Shown: positions 60,776-64,000 of the stretch, piece after piece
Position numbering within the stretch: the stretch's first letter is position 1
Layout: every line of letters starts with the position of its first letter
Assembly (NCBI GenBank): GCA_965644295.1
Contig: CBFFRP010000200.1
Coordinates: forward strand, 188,876 to 252,875
From: Paraphysomonas bandaiensis
Taxonomy: Eukaryota > Protista > Chrysophyceae
Direction: 5' to 3'
DNA length: 64,000 bases
The notes under the pieces: model-generated
Databases searched by the model: none
Told to the model about the DNA's origin: nothing
Seen by the model: only the letters and a program-made list of their open reading frames with translations
Made by a program: the position numbers and the translations under genes

Positions 60776-63700
60776 CTAACTATTGTCATATATTTCGTCG
60801 CCCCGATGATACTGCAACAACAGGGATTTAAGAATTTCTAAACTATAACGTGTTGAATTACTCTTATCTACTTCTATTCTAACCACTCTGATGCCATGAC
60901 ACTCCCAAAAGTATGTATCTCTTCTCTTAAGAAAGCGTTGCTTCTGAGGAAAATGGTGTTTTGGTCCATCTATTTCTACGACAGCCACAGGTGGAATACG
61001 CCCAGCAACACCACCTTCTGGAAGACGGATAATGATATCTACCTCAAACCCGTAGACCATTTCATTTGTTGATATCATTGCATCCGGCAGATATTCTGCT
61101 ACGGAACGTCGCACAGTATCCCCAATTTCTACCTCCGACGAAGATGGCGAAGAGATACCATCCACCATCCCATCCTCGGGCAACATAGTGCCAAGTTTTC
61201 GGTGCAGTACAACTAGTTCATCTTGTATAGTTGGATGACAGTTGCAACGGGAAAAATGAATAAAGAGTGACAACGATCGATATAGTTCAAACTTGTATTT
61301 TAACTGCCCGTGATCATTATCATTAATGCACCTTTGTGTAGCCCCAACAATGTACTCAAGAAGGGATACTATACAGTCCAAACTAGAGGGAACACATGTG
61401 ATCAATCCGTACAACGCATTTGATACTGCCTGAGTATTCAACGGCTCCGGGCAAGAAATAACCAAAGGACATAAATGCTGCACAAGGCGACCAACAGAGG
61501 GGTGCGATATATCCATAGATTGAAGTCCATACAAAGCAGAGCCGACTCCTACAGCCGACAGTGGTTGCTGGCATAATGCCAACCTACTCACAACTGCATC
61601 AATTAGACGCACCACCTCGGGATGAGTAGAGTCCATTCCTTGGAGACCAAAGAGAGAGTTTGAAACAGATTGCGAATTCATTTCATCCTGATAATTCGCA
61701 ATCTTATCGGCCAATGGGACGAGAAGTGCCCGTACCTCTGAGGACTCACTTGACATTCCTTGAAGACCAAACAAGGCGTTGCCAACTGTAACAGAGTTAA
61801 ACTCCTCAGAGCACAAGGCTATATGAGGAGTTAATGCCGCAACAAGCTTCAAAGTACTGGAATGAAAACTGCTCATGCTCTGCATTCCGTTTATAATATT
61901 ACCAATAGCCTGAGAAGTCAGTGTGTCGTCGAACTGGTTCACTTTTTTCGCCAAGACGGTGGTTAAATAACGCACAACTGCGTGATCACTTCCCATGCGT
62001 CGTAAACCAATGCCTACATTGCCCAACAGCTGAGGGTTTAGTGCAGTTTCAGTACGTAATACTCTGGTCAATAGCTCAGCAATACTTCGAACTACGGAGC
62101 AGTCAGCACTCATATTGCGTAATCCATAGAAGGACATTGCTATCCCTTGATTAGTGTATGCTGTAGTAGGAGACGGAAACAACTTCACAAGTGCTTTCAG
62201 AGCTCTTCGAACTTCTTCGTGATCAGAAGACATGTGCTGCATTCCGTACAATGCATTTGCAAACTCTTGAGTTGACAACTGGTTCCGGTACTGCTCCATA
62301 TGTCTACATAGAGTAGAGAGCAGACTACGCACAGAAGAGTGTTCCGAACTCATTCCTTGCATCCCGTAGAGAGAATTTCCAATTCCCTGTCCAGAGAATT
62401 TATCTTGTACAAAACGCGCATGCCTCTCTATCTGCTCTATAATATCCAACACAATAGGGTCAGCTGAAGACATTGTCCGCATACCGTACAATGCATTGCT
62501 GATATTCGTTGAAGTAAACCTATCCTCCGACCGGCTGAGGTTATCAAGGAAAACTTGGAGTAACCTTTGCGTATCTTCACAGTTGGAGGGCATTCGTTGC
62601 AACGCAAACAAGGCGTTACCAATAGATAGAGGGGACATAGGCTTCCGACATAGGGACACATATCGAGTGAGGATACGTATTAGGGCCCTCACTTCGGCAT
62701 GGTCATTGGACATTCGGCAGAGAGCATATACGGCAGAGCCCACTTCCTCGGGGGCCACAGTGGGTAAGCGTGAATTAAAGGAGTCTTCTATCTTCTCCGT
62801 CAAAGCACATACCAGTTGCCGCACTTCTTCATGGTCGGAAGACATTCCCTTTAGTGCATTCAAAGTGAACCTCAACGGTATATTTTTCCAACTATCAGTA
62901 CTCTCACGCAATTTAATAGCCAAAAGCCTCACGACGCCCAAGACTTCTGGATGTTCGCTGGAACACTGTCGCAATCCACAAATTGCACTGGATAGAGAGC
63001 GCGCACTCAAAACTGCAGGAGACAATGCCAAACACCGGGTGAGTGCTGCAAGTATTGCTCTTACTTCCGGATATGAACTTGAACACCCACGAAGTCCAAA
63101 GAAAGCAGACTCAATTTCTTTAGCCGAAAGTGGTACTGAACAGGTCCTCCTTGCTCTGCGCTCATGTTCCGGGGAACCGTGCCGACACTGCCTACAGCGC
63201 GACCGTCCAATTGCGGGTTCCTCTGCAACAACAGATCATCGTTCAAACTCCTCAACAGTGCTTTCACTTCGGTATTTCGACTGTACATTTCCCGCAGTCA
63301 GAAAAAACCACAACCAACATCTCATGGAAGGATAGGGCGTTTTTAGGGCGGAACTTCGGCGCACAAAACTCTAATAAGTTGCAGCACGGTTTCATTTTTG
63401 CCGGATATTTTGCATACCGTATAACATCATCCATTTGTCGTCGTCAATAGTGAACTCTGATGCTTCAATTTTTTTCGGATACTGCCGAGATTAAGTCTTG
63501 ACAGCAGAACCGCGAATTCATATGACGCATACATATAGCTGCCGTGGCCCATACACTAGCATTAAACGGATCTGTCGACCCCTTAACTTTTTCCGCAACA
63601 GCAGTGTAGATACCATGCGTTCCTGCTTCAGGGACGTAATACATACCAGTAAAAATGGAGTACATATCAGAAGCAGAAATGTTTTCGCGATAGTTGATAA

Positions 63701-64000
63701 GAGCTTTTCTGATTACAGAGACAATATTTCTATACCTGGTGTGCGGACGGTCGTATTGTTCAGACCAAACATACAACTGCTATCTTGTATCCTATAGACA
63801 CCTTTCGGGTTTGCGAGCTTCGACACAGAAACGAACACACCACAGGCTTCCTTGCATTGCAACTTGTTCATCTCTCGCATCCCATAAAGTGCCACTTCCA
63901 GCTGGTGGGGTAAATCGACCTGTAACGTGACGATTCTGTTAACAACTTGAAGCAACTCCCGATTTTCTTCGTATTGTAAGTTGAGGTAGCAATACGTAGC
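60776..64000 (-). CDS. Helical-repeat (~39 aa) protein with C-terminal RAP domain; portion above ~63150 is broken by frameshifts and stops
   Basis: About 14 repeats of ..Q.(I/V)(G/S)NALYG(L/M)Q.MSS.H.EVR.L, then GFEVDII...VVEIDGPKH...KRRD...GIRVVRI. The same repeat continues upstream in shifting frames. Confidence 0.8.

Noticed and set aside
62496-63335. 279-aa plus-strand ORF, and other long antisense ORFs over the kinesin, copia and RP2-like genes
   Set aside because: Antisense shadows of real coding sequence with no recognisable motifs.
63290-63345. In-frame TGA codons suggesting a reassigned genetic code or selenocysteine
   Set aside because: TGA is the normal stop of other genes here (2389-2391, 16910-16912), and the region also has frameshifts and TAA stops.

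Overview
Gene-dense eukaryotic nuclear DNA with short (~45-100 nt) spliceosomal introns. Gene content suggests a flagellated stramenopile, probably an ochrophyte/chrysophyte-like alga (inference). About 20 host genes are mostly arranged as head-to-head pairs, and most transposons lie in tail-to-tail gaps. Mobile DNA: an intact young Ty1/copia element (identical 293-bp LTRs, TA...CA termini, TATAC TSD), an old copia relic carrying a Mutator-like MITE (9-bp TSD), and a decayed hAT-like transposon (8-bp TSD). The most striking signal is a ~0.45-kb non-coding repeat family (5 copies or fragments). Its 5' ~87 nt folds like an HDV-type self-cleaving ribozyme and closely resembles the Pr77 hallmark of trypanosomatid L1Tc/ingi/SIDER retroposons as I recall it. 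One copy interrupts the hAT transposase with an ~11-bp TSD. Unusual fusion proteins: Kelch-Rab GTPase, sulfotransferase-like + JmjC, PH-PH-cNMP x3-kinase, and CYTH-like + degenerate P-loop kinase. All calls come from motif reading by eye; no database searches were run, and exon boundaries are approximate.
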